From: Synechococcus sp.
GTDB lineage: Bacteria > Cyanobacteriota > Cyanobacteriia > PCC-6307 > Cyanobiaceae
Direction: 5' to 3'
Assembly: GCA_047285305.1 (NCBI GenBank)
Contig: JBJBDL010000003.1
Location: forward strand, 1,824,001-1,888,000
Length of the DNA: 64,000 bases
Position 1 is the stretch's first letter; each line of letters opens with the position of its first letter. Below, piece after piece: positions 1-12,411 of the stretch. Below the pieces are notes generated by a model. It saw only the letters and a program-made list of their open reading frames with translations, was not told the DNA's origin and made no database searches. A program made the translations under genes and the position numbers.

Positions 1-613
1 CGTGAATTCGTTCGCATGAGCCGCGGCCGTCGACCGATGATGCTCCCCGCCTGGCGGATCATTCAGCCCGAACCAGCGGCGAATCTGCTGAGCTATTACC
101 GCAAGGCCGAGGCTGCGACAGGGATCGAATGGGAGGTTCTGGCGGCCGTGAACCTCGTAGAAACAGGAATGGGACGCATCGATGGCATTTCCGTAGCCAA
201 TGCCCAGGGCCCGATGCAGTTTCTGCCTACCACCTGGGCCGAACCCGGAATAGGCAACGGGAACATCCGTGATCCCCACGACGCCATCCACGCAGCAGCG
301 CGTTACCTGGTGAGGCGGGGCGGACTGCAGGACATTCGCCGCGGCCTCTGGGGCTACAACAACAGCGATTACTACGGCCGCGCCGTGCTGCTCTATGCCT
401 CACTGATGAAGGAGGACCCCGCGGCCTACACCGGCTTGTATCACTGGGAGATCCACTTCAATGCAGCGGCCGGTGATCTTTGGCTGCCGGTGGGCTACAA
501 CCAACCGCAACGCATCACTGTTGAGCAGCATCTGCAGGCCAATCCCGCCAGCAGATCACCAAACGGGTGGGCATCGGCACCTACGCTGAGACCTGGCGTG
601 ATCCAGGAAGCGG

Positions 614-642
<29 letters not shown>
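1..642 (+). CDS. Lytic transglycosylase (SLT-type), 5'-partial
   Basis: LAAVNLVET catalytic-Glu motif, AQGPMQFLPTTW, AARYL, YNNS. The frame is open back to the window edge. Confidence 0.85.
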
Positions 643-2639
<1,997 letters not shown>

Positions 2640-2656
2640 ATGACGTCCCAGCTCCC

Positions 2657-3550
2657 ATGGCGCTGATCCTTCCTGGCAGTTACCACAAAATCGCGGAGGT
2701 TGAACGCAACCGGATTTCCTGGATTGAGCCCGAACAGGCTGAACGCCAGGACATCCGGCCCCTGCGTATCGGCATCTTGAACATCATGCCGCTGGGCAAG
2801 CAGTACGAGTTCAACCTGCTGCATCCACTGGGCCTATCGGTGCTGCAGATCGAACCGATTTGGATTCGCCTCAACTCTCACGCCTACAAGAGTTGGGATC
2901 AGAACCATCTCGACCAGCTCTATGTGAGCTGGGATGAAGCCTTGTCCCAGGGTCCTCTGGATGGCTTGATCATCACTGGTGCCCCCGTGGAACACCTGCC
3001 CTTTGAACAAGTCAGTTACTGGAACGAACTGGTCCAGTTAATTGAGAAAGCGCGCAGCACCTGTGCCAGCACCCTAGGACTTTGCTGGGCCGGTTTCGCC
3101 CTCGCTTACCTTGCGGGCGTCGACAAGGTGGCCTTCCAGCAGAAGCTGTTCGGGATCTACCCGATGCGCAGCCTTGTTCCGGGGCATCCATTGATGGGAA
3201 CCCAGGACGACCATTTTGTCTGCCCCCAAAGCCGTCATGCCGGACTGCCGGATACCGCGATGGAAGCCGCCGAACGGGACGGTCGTCTTCGTTTGCTCGC
3301 CCACGGCGAACAGGTGGGCTACACCATTTTCGAGACACCGGATCAGCGGCAGCTGATGCACCTCGGCCACCCCGAATACAACGTGGGACGGATCCTCGGA
3401 GAAATGGAACGCGACCGAGCCCGCGGAGATGTTCCGCCGCCCGAAAATTTCGATGCGGCCCAACCCCAGACCCTCTGGCGCTCCCACCGAAACCTTCTGT
3501 TCCAGCAGTGGCTATGGTTCTGCTATCAGCGGGTCAGTCTGAAGGCCTGA
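2657..3550 (+). CDS. metA: Homoserine O-acyltransferase (MetA family)
   Basis: AERQDIRPLRIGILNIMP, IITGAPVE, LCWAG nucleophile, PQSRH, GHPEY. Confidence 0.95.
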   Translation: MALILPGSYHKIAEVERNRISWIEPEQAERQDIRPLRIGILNIMPLGKQYEFNLLHPLGLSVLQIEPIWIRLNSHAYKSWDQNHLDQLYVSWDEALSQGPLDGLIITGAPVEHLPFEQVSYWNELVQLIEKARSTCASTLGLCWAGFALAYLAGVDKVAFQQKLFGIYPMRSLVPGHPLMGTQDDHFVCPQSRHAGLPDTAMEAAERDGRLRLLAHGEQVGYTIFETPDQRQLMHLGHPEYNVGRILGEMERDRARGDVPPPENFDAAQPQTLWRSHRNLLFQQWLWFCYQRVSLKA

Positions 3551-3575
3551 TCAGGCTTGGCTGAAGCAGCACCCC

Positions 3576-3893
3576 TTAACCGTGTCGTTTCGGAGTGGGT
3601 TCCAGATTGGCCGAAGGCTCCTGAGCGACGGCATCTGGACGCTCAGCGGATTTTCGATTGAGTTCCCGCTCCAGCGAGGCGATGCGTCTCTCGCGAAGGC
3701 AATGACGGCATCCACCGAGGGTTTGAAGATGCTTTTCCGGTGTGATCGTGATCGGTTGAACCGGATGGGCGTTGCAACGGATTTGAACGGGACTCTTGTA
3801 ACTGCGCCAGCGGATCAAGCTGTAATCAAATTGATCACCGAAGCGCTGTACTGCGCGCTTGAGGAATTCGTCTTGGGTGATTCGGGCTCCCAT
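3576..3893 (-). CDS. Small Zn-ribbon / DUF723-like hypothetical protein
   Basis: MGARITQDEFLKRAVQRFGDQFDYS...IRC..H...HL...GCRHC pattern. Confidence 0.6.
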   Translation of the reverse strand: MGARITQDEFLKRAVQRFGDQFDYSLIRWRSYKSPVQIRCNAHPVQPITITPEKHLQTLGGCRHCLRERRIASLERELNRKSAERPDAVAQEPSANLEPTPKRHG

Positions 3894-3952
3894 GCCACCG
3901 AATGTATGGGACAGTCTCGTTATCGAACCGACCTCGTCATCCGACGTCACGA

Positions 3953-4537
3953 ATGACCATCCATCCAGCTGCAGCTGAAACGGACTGGTCGCTGCATGAG
4001 GGTTGGCTGAATCCAGAGCTTGCCAGGCACTGGCAAACACAGCTTGAGCACCAGCTCCAATGGGAGCAGCCCGTCGTTCAGGTCTATGGCAAGCGCTACC
4101 CGGTCCCCCGAATGACGGTGTTTCTTGCCAATGAAGGAATTCACTACCGCTACAGCGGTGCCATTCACACCGGTGATGGCTGGCCTGCATGGTTCAAGCC
4201 ATTGCTGCACCAGGTGGATGAAGCCTGTGCGACCAACTTCAACGGATGCCTTCTCAATTGTTATCGCCATGGCGATGACCGCATGGGTTGGCACGCCGAT
4301 GACGAACCGGAAATTGATCAGCGGGCTCCGATTGCCTCCCTTTCACTCGGGGCAACGCGGGATTTTCAGCTCCGCCACCGCAAAACTGCACACCTAAAAA
4401 TGTCTCTGCCGTTGGCCGATGGTGACCTTCTGGTGATGCACCCGGGCTGTCAGAGCCGATGGATGCACAGCGTTCCTCAGCGGCGCAAAGTGCAGAGCAT
4501 CCGCATCAACCTCACCTTTCGCCGTTTTCAGAACTGA
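3953..4537 (+). CDS. alkB: AlkB-family 2OG-Fe(II) dioxygenase (alkylated DNA repair)
   Basis: LNCYRHGDDRMGWHADDE, IASLSLGATRDF, HSVP, RINLTFR. Confidence 0.9.
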   Translation: MTIHPAAAETDWSLHEGWLNPELARHWQTQLEHQLQWEQPVVQVYGKRYPVPRMTVFLANEGIHYRYSGAIHTGDGWPAWFKPLLHQVDEACATNFNGCLLNCYRHGDDRMGWHADDEPEIDQRAPIASLSLGATRDFQLRHRKTAHLKMSLPLADGDLLVMHPGCQSRWMHSVPQRRKVQSIRINLTFRRFQN

Positions 4538-4539
4538 GA

Positions 4540-5436
4540 TCACAGCAGCACACCCCATGCAGGTGCTGTGATTAAGGCCAGCAACGTGCTCCAAAACACC
4601 AGCCCTGCGGCCCGCTCCTGATCAGTACCCACAGATTCTGCGATGAGCAAAAGCGAGATTGCCGTCGGCGCGGCTCCTTGCAGAGCAACCGCCTGAACCA
4701 TCAAAGGCTTGAACTGCAGCAGAGACGCCAGAAGCCAAAGCAGCAACGGGTAGAGCAGCAACTTGGCCACCAGTGGCTTAAGCAGGTGCAGAGGACGTGC
4801 CTCCGGCGCAATGCCCTGGAGATGAATGCTGCCCAGGCGCATGCCCACCACCATCAGAGCCAGCACAATCACGCAGCGTGAAGGCCACCACAGTGCATCG
4901 GCCACCGACGCAGACCATGGGGTCGCCTGAGCCAGCAAAGCGCCGATGAGTCCTCGGGTTGCCGGACTCCCAGCAACGCTGCTCAGCAACCCTCGCAACC
5001 GTTGGGAACCATCCACCTGCCCCCCGATCAGCAGCGGTCCCAGGCTCCAGACCAGCAGAGTCGCCCCGAGGTCGTAGCCAATGCTGATGGGCAGAGCCTC
5101 ATCGGGCAGGAAAGCCAGGGCGAGAGGAACCCCGAAATAGGCCGTGTTTCCGGTGCAACTGCCAAGCCGCAGCGTGGGAGACGCCAGCTCAGCCAATCCC
5201 GGCAGGCGCGCGGCACCCACCAGAACCAGGCCCATGGCAAGCACCGCAAGACCTGCGGCCTGCAACATGTCGCCGCTTAGGCCACCCTTCAACAGCAGCC
5301 CCATCACACTGATCGGCACACCGAACCGCACCAGCGGTGCGGCCAAGCGAGTGGACAGAGTTTCATGGCGCCGACCAGCCCAGAACCCAATCAGAAGCGA
5401 GGGCACAAGCTCCAGCAAGAACCGAAGAATGGACAC
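4540..5436 (-). CDS. AEC (auxin efflux carrier) family permease
   Basis: Polytopic hydrophobic ORF; GNTAYFGVPLA and KLLLYP...APTA motifs. Confidence 0.8.
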   Translation of the reverse strand: MSILRFLLELVPSLLIGFWAGRRHETLSTRLAAPLVRFGVPISVMGLLLKGGLSGDMLQAAGLAVLAMGLVLVGAARLPGLAELASPTLRLGSCTGNTAYFGVPLALAFLPDEALPISIGYDLGATLLVWSLGPLLIGGQVDGSQRLRGLLSSVAGSPATRGLIGALLAQATPWSASVADALWWPSRCVIVLALMVVGMRLGSIHLQGIAPEARPLHLLKPLVAKLLLYPLLLWLLASLLQFKPLMVQAVALQGAAPTAISLLLIAESVGTDQERAAGLVFWSTLLALITAPAWGVLL

Positions 5437-5530
5437 CTCCGTCAGATCAATCGACCCTAGAAAGCTGTGGTGACTGATGCCTCAGCCCCAGGCTTAATCT
5501 GACTTTTGATTGGCCGCGCGGATCCAGCTG

Positions 5531-5722
5531 ATGCAACCAGCTTCACGCCATCGCATCGTGCGCAGTGATCAATCAGAAGATCGGCTGACACGGCAGGGCT
5601 TCGACAGCTACAACGCTGCCTACGATGAACTCGAGCGTTACTACGGGGATTTTTGCTGCTCTGATGATGATCGTGTCGAGTACACGATCGTTTCTGAACC
5701 CTCAGACAGTGCTGAGGTTTAA
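5531..5722 (+). CDS. Small conserved hypothetical protein
   Basis: Protein-like ORF (FDSYNAAYDELERYYGDFCCSDD); start uncertain. Confidence 0.55.
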   Translation: MQPASRHRIVRSDQSEDRLTRQGFDSYNAAYDELERYYGDFCCSDDDRVEYTIVSEPSDSAEV

Positions 5723-5913
5723 ACCACTGAGGACGCCTCAACATCAGCGCGCAAGCTTCATCGCAGAAGACCAGTCTCAAAAGCCAGACCACAGAGACGC
5801 ATCCCTAGATACCAACCTTTCAAACCACTGAGCCTTGGCAATATCGGCTCGATTGATTGACATCCAGCGAGCCAACCAGTTATGAACTATGTATCCATTG
5901 AGACGCATTTAAA

Positions 5914-6303
5914 ATGCTGACCGGTTCCGAGCTGCTTGCCAAGGTCAAAGAACTTGGAGATGTTTCCAAATCCGATCTGGTGAGAGCTTGCGGATACGTC
6001 TCGGACAAGAAAGATGGTGGCGATCGCCTGAATTTCACAGCGTTCTACGAGGCCCTACTCGAGGCCAAGGGCGTGAATCTGAGCAGCGGTGGTGCTGCGA
6101 TTGGTAAAGGTGGTCGCAAACTGAGCTACATCGCCAAAGTCCAGGGCAATGGCAATCTGCTGATCGGCAAGGCTTACACCGCCATGCTGAACCTAGAACC
6201 CGGTGACGAGTTTGAGATCAAGCTTGGCAAGAAAGCAATCCGTCTGATCCCCACGGGCGCAGCTGCGGAGCACAGCGAAGCTGCCGACCAGGTTGACGAG
6301 TGA
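5914..6303 (+). CDS. Cyanobacterial AbrB-like transcriptional regulator
   Basis: LTGSELLAKVKEL, FYEALLEAKG, VQGNGNLLIGKAYT, PGDEFEIKLG. Confidence 0.92.
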   Translation: MLTGSELLAKVKELGDVSKSDLVRACGYVSDKKDGGDRLNFTAFYEALLEAKGVNLSSGGAAIGKGGRKLSYIAKVQGNGNLLIGKAYTAMLNLEPGDEFEIKLGKKAIRLIPTGAAAEHSEAADQVDE

Positions 6304-6335
6304 TCCACTGATCCATCCCCAGCTGAATCCCCTAC

Positions 6336-6366
6336 AGCCCCTCCCCTACCCGGAGGGGCTTTTTTG
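6336..6366 (+). terminator. Rho-independent terminator after abrB
   Basis: AGCCCCTCC-loop-GGAGGGGCT followed by a T-run. Confidence 0.85.
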
Positions 6367-6401
6367 TGCAACGAAGCAACCGAGGCCCTGACGCAACCAC
6401 A

Positions 6402-6734
6402 ATGGGACTGGCATCACAATTGTTGCTCGGTAATGTGAGCCGGATTGGCGCGACAGAGTTGAAATCCTTCAAGGCAACGGTCGCTTCGTTCCTGAGCAAT
6501 ACGTTTCTGTTGGGTGGCTCAGTCGCCCTTTCTATCCATATCGTGCTGACCTTTTTTCGGATGCACGGACTGACGCTGACCCTTGCTTTTGTGGCGTTTT
6601 GGCTGATCTGCGTGACGGCCTACTTCCGTTGGCAGGACAAGCAGTCGATGCCTCGGACGATCAGAAAAAATTCAACGCTGGAAAAGCACAGCCGAAAGCA
6701 CACTGAGGCTTGGAGAGAACGACAATCGGCTTGA
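6402..6734 (+). CDS. Hypothetical membrane protein (may start at 6561)
   Basis: Hydrophobic segments then a basic tail; start uncertain. Confidence 0.4.
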   Translation: MGLASQLLLGNVSRIGATELKSFKATVASFLSNTFLLGGSVALSIHIVLTFFRMHGLTLTLAFVAFWLICVTAYFRWQDKQSMPRTIRKNSTLEKHSRKHTEAWRERQSA

Positions 6735-6761
6735 AGCACTTCACGAGGTTGTGCAAACCGT

Positions 6762-7505
6762 TTAGTGCTGCATCTGATTGAGGAACCTGCGGCTGCGTTC
6801 CTCCCGGGCATTACTGAAAAAGGTCTCTGGATCGGAGGTCTCCACCACCTGGCCCCGATCCATGAACATCACCCGATCCGCCACCTCACGGGCAAAGCCC
6901 AGTTCGTGGGTGACCACCACCATCGTCATGCCGCCTTTAGCCAACTGGCGCATCGCATCCAGCACCTCCTTAACCCGCTCCGGATCCAAGGCACTGGTGG
7001 GCTCGTCGAACAGCATCACCTCAGGATCCAGGGCCAGAGCCCGTGCGATCGCCACCCGCTGCTGCTGACCACCGCTGAGCTGCGCCGGGTACTTGTGGGC
7101 CTGCTCGCGAATGCCCATCTGGTCCAGGAGATCTATCGCCCGCTGCTCGGCAGCCGTCTTGGCACGCTGTTGCACCTTGATCGGGGCAAGGGTGATGTTG
7201 TCGAGGATGGAAAGGTGAGGGAAGAGGTTGAACTGCTGAAACACCATCCCCACGCGCTTGCGGATCTCCCGCACCTGACGTTCTCCATGGGTGGCGTCCA
7301 AGCGAACCCCAAGCACATCCAAGGCGCCGCCATCAAGCGACTCCAGACCGTTGAACGTACGGATTAGCGTGCTCTTCCCGGACCCGGAAGGCCCCATCAC
7401 CACCAGCACTTCGCCGCAGTTCACCTCCAGGGTGACCCCATCGAGAGCTCGAACCCCTTGGGAATAGCTCTTAACCAGATCAGTGGCACGAATGGCGACA
7501 GTCAT
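6762..7505 (-). CDS. Amino acid ABC transporter ATP-binding subunit
   Basis: GPSGSGKST, LSGGQQQR, FDEPTSALD. Confidence 0.95.
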   Translation of the reverse strand: MTVAIRATDLVKSYSQGVRALDGVTLEVNCGEVLVVMGPSGSGKSTLIRTFNGLESLDGGALDVLGVRLDATHGERQVREIRKRVGMVFQQFNLFPHLSILDNITLAPIKVQQRAKTAAEQRAIDLLDQMGIREQAHKYPAQLSGGQQQRVAIARALALDPEVMLFDEPTSALDPERVKEVLDAMRQLAKGGMTMVVVTHELGFAREVADRVMFMDRGQVVETSDPETFFSNAREERSRRFLNQMQH

Positions 7506-8476
7506 GAAGCGGAGCGGGCAGGGTCAAGCTGAACCTCCAGGTGGCGGGCCAGCAGTGCCATGGCGGTACACGCCAGCCAGTAAACCGCAGCAAGCCAGAG
7601 GTAAACCTCCAGATAGCGGCCGATGAAAGCCGGATTCGCCAACAGGCTGCGGCTGATGCCTAGCAATTCCACCAAACCGAGAATGGCCATCAGGCTTGTG
7701 TTTTGCAGCAGACCCACCGCCTGGTTGGTGAGCGATGGAAGTGCAACCCGCAGCGCCTGCGGCAGCACCACCAATTGCAGCACTTGACGTGGCGACAGCC
7801 CCAGCACGGCTGCAGCTTCTCGCTGGGTGGGCGGAATCGCCTGCAGGCCACCGCGCACATCCTCTGCGATGTAGGCCGCTGCAAACAATGCGAAGGCCAC
7901 AACCGCCCGCAGAACCCGATTGATCTCAAGCCCTGGCGGGAGGAACAACGGGATCAGCAGTTGTCCAAAGAACAGAACCGCAATCAACGGCACAGCTCGC
8001 ATCAACTCGATGTAAGCGGCGCTGCTCCAACACAACACCGGCATCTCACTGCGCCGGCCGAGGGCCAGGAGGATCCCCAATGGAAGCGCCAAAGCTCCAC
8101 TGCCTCCCGTGAGCAGCAGCGTGAGCGTCAGACCACCCCAACTGCGTGTCCCCACCGGCAGCAAGCCCAAACCTCCGGCCAACAGCCAGAGCCCCAGCGG
8201 TGCCATCGCGATCCAGACCAACGGCAACCAACGACGAACCCAGCCACGCTTCGGGCCAGTGAGGGTAAGCAGCGTCAGCGTGATCAGTGCTGTCATCCAC
8301 AGCAACGGACGCCAGCGTTGATCCGCAGGAAAACTGCCCACCGCATAGAGCGGGATATTAGTGGTCACCACAGACCAGTCGGCTGCAACCAGCAGCCAAT
8401 GCAGAATTGACCAGCCAGCCCATCCAATCAAAGCCAGCAGCAGCAGGGTGATCCCACGATCCAACCAACGGTTCAT
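7502..8476 (-). CDS. Amino acid ABC transporter permease (AapM/NatH-like)
   Basis: AAYIAEDVRGGLQAIP EAA loop; operon context. Confidence 0.9.
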   Translation of the reverse strand: MNRWLDRGITLLLLALIGWAGWSILHWLLVAADWSVVTTNIPLYAVGSFPADQRWRPLLWMTALITLTLLTLTGPKRGWVRRWLPLVWIAMAPLGLWLLAGGLGLLPVGTRSWGGLTLTLLLTGGSGALALPLGILLALGRRSEMPVLCWSSAAYIELMRAVPLIAVLFFGQLLIPLFLPPGLEINRVLRAVVAFALFAAAYIAEDVRGGLQAIPPTQREAAAVLGLSPRQVLQLVVLPQALRVALPSLTNQAVGLLQNTSLMAILGLVELLGISRSLLANPAFIGRYLEVYLWLAAVYWLACTAMALLARHLEVQLDPARSAS

Positions 8477-9366
8477 CAGCGGCTCCTGTTCAGACGACCC
8501 AGCACGGCACGGTTCAAGGCAGCCATGCCTCCGCTGATCAACAAATTCAGCAGCAGGAAGCTGAGCAACAGCAGCAAGAAGCCCTCAATGGCGCGGCCGG
8601 TTTGGGTGATGGTGGTGTCACTGACGGCGTAGAGATCGGCGTAGCCCACGGCAATGGACAGGGTGCTGTTCTTGGCGAGATTGAGGTACTGGCTCGTGAG
8701 CGCAGGAAGAATCGCCGGCAGAGCCTGCGGCAACACAATCCGACGCAGGCCAAGCCCTTCTCCAAGCCCAAGGCTGCGAAAGGCCTCCCACTGGCCCCGT
8801 GGCACCGCGTTGATGCCACCGCGCACGATCTCTGCAATCGTCGCACCCGTGAACACCGTGAGCCCCACAAGAACCGCACAAAATTCAACGCTGAGGTTCA
8901 GGCCCAACAGCTGAATGCCCTGATTCGAAAGCCGGATCAACCCACCGATCGGCACCGACGGAAGGCCGAGGAAGGCAACGAAATACCAGAACAGCAACTG
9001 CAGGAGCAGAGGAACCTGACGAATCAAGGCCACGTATCCCCCAGCCAGTCTGCGCAGCAGACGGTTGTTGCTACCGCGAGCTGCACCGGCAGCCACACCC
9101 AGGCCGGTGGCCAACACCAGGCCAGCCGCGATCACCTTGAGGCTATTCAGCCAACCGATGGTCAGGGCCCAGAGGTAGCTATCTGATGGGGCATAGGGGA
9201 GAGCTGTTTCAGCCAGAGCAAAACCAGCGGGTCGGCCCAGCCAGCCAAAACCCAGTCCCAAGCCAGTTCGGATCAGGTTGACCACCAGATTGTTGACCAG
9301 CAGAGCCAGAAGGCCCAGCAGTACAGCGGCGACACCAACCTGAACCAGGAGACGACGCTTCCGCAT
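8476..9366 (-). CDS. Amino acid ABC transporter permease (AapQ/NatG-like)
   Basis: IAEIVRGGINAVPRGQWEA, LAKNS. Confidence 0.9.
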   Translation of the reverse strand: MRKRRLLVQVGVAAVLLGLLALLVNNLVVNLIRTGLGLGFGWLGRPAGFALAETALPYAPSDSYLWALTIGWLNSLKVIAAGLVLATGLGVAAGAARGSNNRLLRRLAGGYVALIRQVPLLLQLLFWYFVAFLGLPSVPIGGLIRLSNQGIQLLGLNLSVEFCAVLVGLTVFTGATIAEIVRGGINAVPRGQWEAFRSLGLGEGLGLRRIVLPQALPAILPALTSQYLNLAKNSTLSIAVGYADLYAVSDTTITQTGRAIEGFLLLLLSFLLLNLLISGGMAALNRAVLGRLNRSR

Positions 9367-10427
9367 CAGGTGAACGGTGGGGAAATCATCAAACCACCTT
9401 CACCGGCCAGCCGGTTCGCCCCCCGGGGAATCGCCACGGCACTATCCGGTCCGAGATGGCGGTTGTAGATCTCGCCGTAATTACCGGTGGCACGGATCAC
9501 CTGAACGACAAAGTCATCGGCGAGTTCGAGTTTGCGACCCAGGCCTGGATCCACACCCAAAAAACGCCGCAGAGCGGTCTGGGAGGGGTCAGCTGTGGCT
9601 TGCTTCAACACCGCATCAACATTCGCTTGGGTGATGCCCCTTTCCTCGGCTTCGATCAGAGCGTTGATCACCCAGGTCATGGCATCACCCATGGGCTGAT
9701 CCCCCCCCACCACACCTGGAGCCAGGGGCTCCTTGCTGATCCGGTCTTCGAGGATCTGATGCGCCTGGGGATCACTGAACCCTGAGCGTGCCGCCGCCAG
9801 TTGCGAGCGATCAGACGTCATGGCTGCGCAGCGCCCCTGGAGGTAGCCGCCCACCACCTGATTGAGATCTTGATATTTGATAGGTGTGTAGGGAAGCCCC
9901 TCGAAGGCGAAGGCGTCGTTGAGGTTTTGCTCGGTTGTGGTGCCCGATCCCACGCAAATAGACTTGCCGCTTAGGTCAGCCAGCGAACGAACTCCGCTGG
10001 CGGCATTCACCATCAAGCCCTGTCCGTCGTGGAACACCACAGGACCAAAGCGCAGCCCATTACCCCCAATCGCATCGCGGCTGAGGGTGTGGGTGGTGTT
10101 GCGAGACAACAGATCGATCTCGCCCGATCGCAAGGCCGTGAACCGCTCGGGCGCGGTTAAAGGCCGGTATTGAACCTTCTCAGCGTCACCAACGAAAGCA
10201 GCAGCCATGGCACGGCAGATGTCGACATCCAGGCCGGTGTAACGCCCATCAGGACTGAGAAAACTGAAGCCTGGAATCTTGCCGCTCACCCCGCAAAGCA
10301 ACTCGCCGCGCTCTTTGACCAGATCCAGACGCGAGCCAGCTGCACTGTCCAGTGACGCGCAGGACGCCAGGAACGAGGACAACCCGGCCAACGCAACGAT
10401 CAGAACACGTGAACTGGATCGGAACAT
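9366..10427 (-). CDS. Amino acid ABC transporter substrate-binding lipoprotein (AapJ/NatF-like)
   Basis: Lipobox LASC, GLDVDICRA, RFTALRSGEIDLLSRNTT, ISKEPL, GNYGEIY. Confidence 0.92.
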   Translation of the reverse strand: MFRSSSRVLIVALAGLSSFLASCASLDSAAGSRLDLVKERGELLCGVSGKIPGFSFLSPDGRYTGLDVDICRAMAAAFVGDAEKVQYRPLTAPERFTALRSGEIDLLSRNTTHTLSRDAIGGNGLRFGPVVFHDGQGLMVNAASGVRSLADLSGKSICVGSGTTTEQNLNDAFAFEGLPYTPIKYQDLNQVVGGYLQGRCAAMTSDRSQLAAARSGFSDPQAHQILEDRISKEPLAPGVVGGDQPMGDAMTWVINALIEAEERGITQANVDAVLKQATADPSQTALRRFLGVDPGLGRKLELADDFVVQVIRATGNYGEIYNRHLGPDSAVAIPRGANRLAGEGGLMISPPFT

Positions 10428-10517
10428 CAGCGTTGGTGCGGATCGGGTGGGATTGTCCCAGATCCCGAGCACATCCCCGACGTCCGACCTACGTACACGG
10501 CAATAAGCCTGGCTGAA

Positions 10518-10840
10518 ATGAAGGTCTGGGCCTGCCTTCTGGCCGGGCTGATCGCTGGAACCCCGACTCCCGGTGCTGTCGCGTGGGACGAGCACGACCG
10601 TTGTACTTACAACAACAAGATGGCGCTGTTGGTCTTTCTTCTAGAGATTGCTCAGCAACGGGCCGGACGTGATGTTCAAACCCTTTGCCTGTTGATGAGC
10701 ATCAGCAACGACGTCACCGAGCGGTACGTGGAGACCTCCCTGAGGACATACAGATCCAGCGGCGGCTCATGGCGATGCACCAAGTCCTCAGGGCCTGTGT
10801 TGCCAACCAAGCCGAGGCTCATGCATGGGCTGATTCCTGA
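10518..10840 (+). pseudogene. Probable frameshifted small secreted protein
   Basis: Signal-peptide ORF whose protein-like continuation (PEDIQIQRRLMAMHQVLRACVANQ...) shifts frame near 10737. Confidence 0.4.
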
Positions 10841-12381
10841 CCGCCGATCCGCTCGAACAGATCAAGGCTTTCTTCGTTCAGGCCAATCACGCTCACCACA
10901 GATCCACCGCTGCGGTATTTGCGGATGACCTGATCAAGCGCAGCCACGCCGCTCTGGTCCCAGATGTGGGCTTGGGAGAGGTCAATCGTGATGCGCTCGG
11001 GATGCTCGTGAAGATCAAATCCCTGGAGGAAATACACCTTGCTCACAAAAAACAGCTGCCCCTGCACCCGGTACAACCGCTCCTGATCGCTGATCTCGAC
11101 GGCCTCCACCTGAATCACCTTGGCCACCTTGCGACTGAACAGAATTCCTGCCAGCGCCACGCCAGCCAACACGCCAAGGGCGAGGTTGTGCGGGGTGGTG
11201 AGCATCGTGACGGCAAAGGTCATCAGCATCACCGAGGTGTCGCTCTTGGGGATGCGACGCAGGTTGCTCAGGCCGTTGATGTCAGCGGTGCTGACAGCGA
11301 TGCTGATCATCACGGCCACAAGAGCCGCCATCGGAATTTGCTTGAGCCAGGGCCCAGCCAGCAGGATCATCGCCAGCAGGCTCACCCCCGAGAACAGGGT
11401 GGACAGTCGCGTGCGGCCGCCGTTGTCCACATTCATCACGGACTGACCCACCAGGGCACAACCGGCCATGCCACCAAACAGGGAGGAAACGATGTTGGCG
11501 ATGCCTTGGCCCCGCGCCTCAACGTTTTTGTTGGTGGTGGTGTCGGTTTTGTCGTCGAGGATGTCCTGGGTCAGGAAGGTTTCCATCAGACCTACCAAAG
11601 AGATGGCCAAGGCGGTGGGAAGCACCAAGCCAAGGGTGTCCAAACTGAAGGGAACACCGCCTTCACCAAAGGGAAGGCTGAAGGAGGGCAGACCTGCAGG
11701 GAGGGTGCCGAGGCTGCTGACCGTGGGGATGTCGAAGCTGAATCCCACGCTGATTGCTGTCAACACAATGATGGCCACCAGCTGTGAAGGCACCACCCGG
11801 GTCAACCGGGGAAGGCCATAGATGATCACTAGGCCCAGCAGGACCAAGCCCCAGACGACTGGGATCTGGCCGCCATGGGGGAGCAACGACGAGGCCCCAT
11901 GGTCACTATCTCCAGCGTGAAGATTGAGACCGAGCTGGGGCAGCTGAGCCTGAAAAATCAGCAAAGCCAGTGCATTAACGAAGCCGCTCAGCACTCCTTG
12001 AGGAACAAAGCGCATCTGATAGGCAAGACGCATATACCCCCAGAGGATCTGCAGCAGACCCGTCACCAGCCCCGCCACCATCAGGTACTGGACCCCCAGG
12101 CCCGGCCCCCGGGCTTCACCGGTGGCCACAAGACCTGTCATCAACAGGGCGGTGGAGCCCGTGGCTGAGGTGATCATCGCCATGCGACCACCCACGACGG
12201 CGATGGTCAGCGACAGACAGAAGGCTCCGAACAGGCCGACTTTGGGGTCCACCCCAGCGATCCCCGAGAAGGCAATGGCCTCGGGAATCATCGCGAAAGC
12301 CACCACCAGACCCGAGAGCAGATCTTTGCTGGGATTGGCCAACCACTGATTCACCAGGGTTGGGCTGGATCGTTTGGCCAT
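10819..12381 (-). CDS. SulP family inorganic anion transporter with STAS domain
   Basis: [32 protein letters not shown]-terminal STAS ([10 protein letters not shown]). Confidence 0.92.
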   Translation of the reverse strand: MAKRSSPTLVNQWLANPSKDLLSGLVVAFAMIPEAIAFSGIAGVDPKVGLFGAFCLSLTIAVVGGRMAMITSATGSTALLMTGLVATGEARGPGLGVQYLMVAGLVTGLLQILWGYMRLAYQMRFVPQGVLSGFVNALALLIFQAQLPQLGLNLHAGDSDHGASSLLPHGGQIPVVWGLVLLGLVIIYGLPRLTRVVPSQLVAIIVLTAISVGFSFDIPTVSSLGTLPAGLPSFSLPFGEGGVPFSLDTLGLVLPTALAISLVGLMETFLTQDILDDKTDTTTNKNVEARGQGIANIVSSLFGGMAGCALVGQSVMNVDNGGRTRLSTLFSGVSLLAMILLAGPWLKQIPMAALVAVMISIAVSTADINGLSNLRRIPKSDTSVMLMTFAVTMLTTPHNLALGVLAGVALAGILFSRKVAKVIQVEAVEISDQERLYRVQGQLFFVSKVYFLQGFDLHEHPERITIDLSQAHIWDQSGVAALDQVIRKYRSGGSVVSVIGLNEESLDLFERIGGQESAHA

Positions 12382-12411
12382 CTAATGATGCCGGTTAGGG
12401 GCGACCGTAAA

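Noticed and set aside
10819..12381. Naming the SulP transporter bicA
   Set aside because: Substrate cannot be determined from the motifs seen, and there is no carbon-concentrating gene context.
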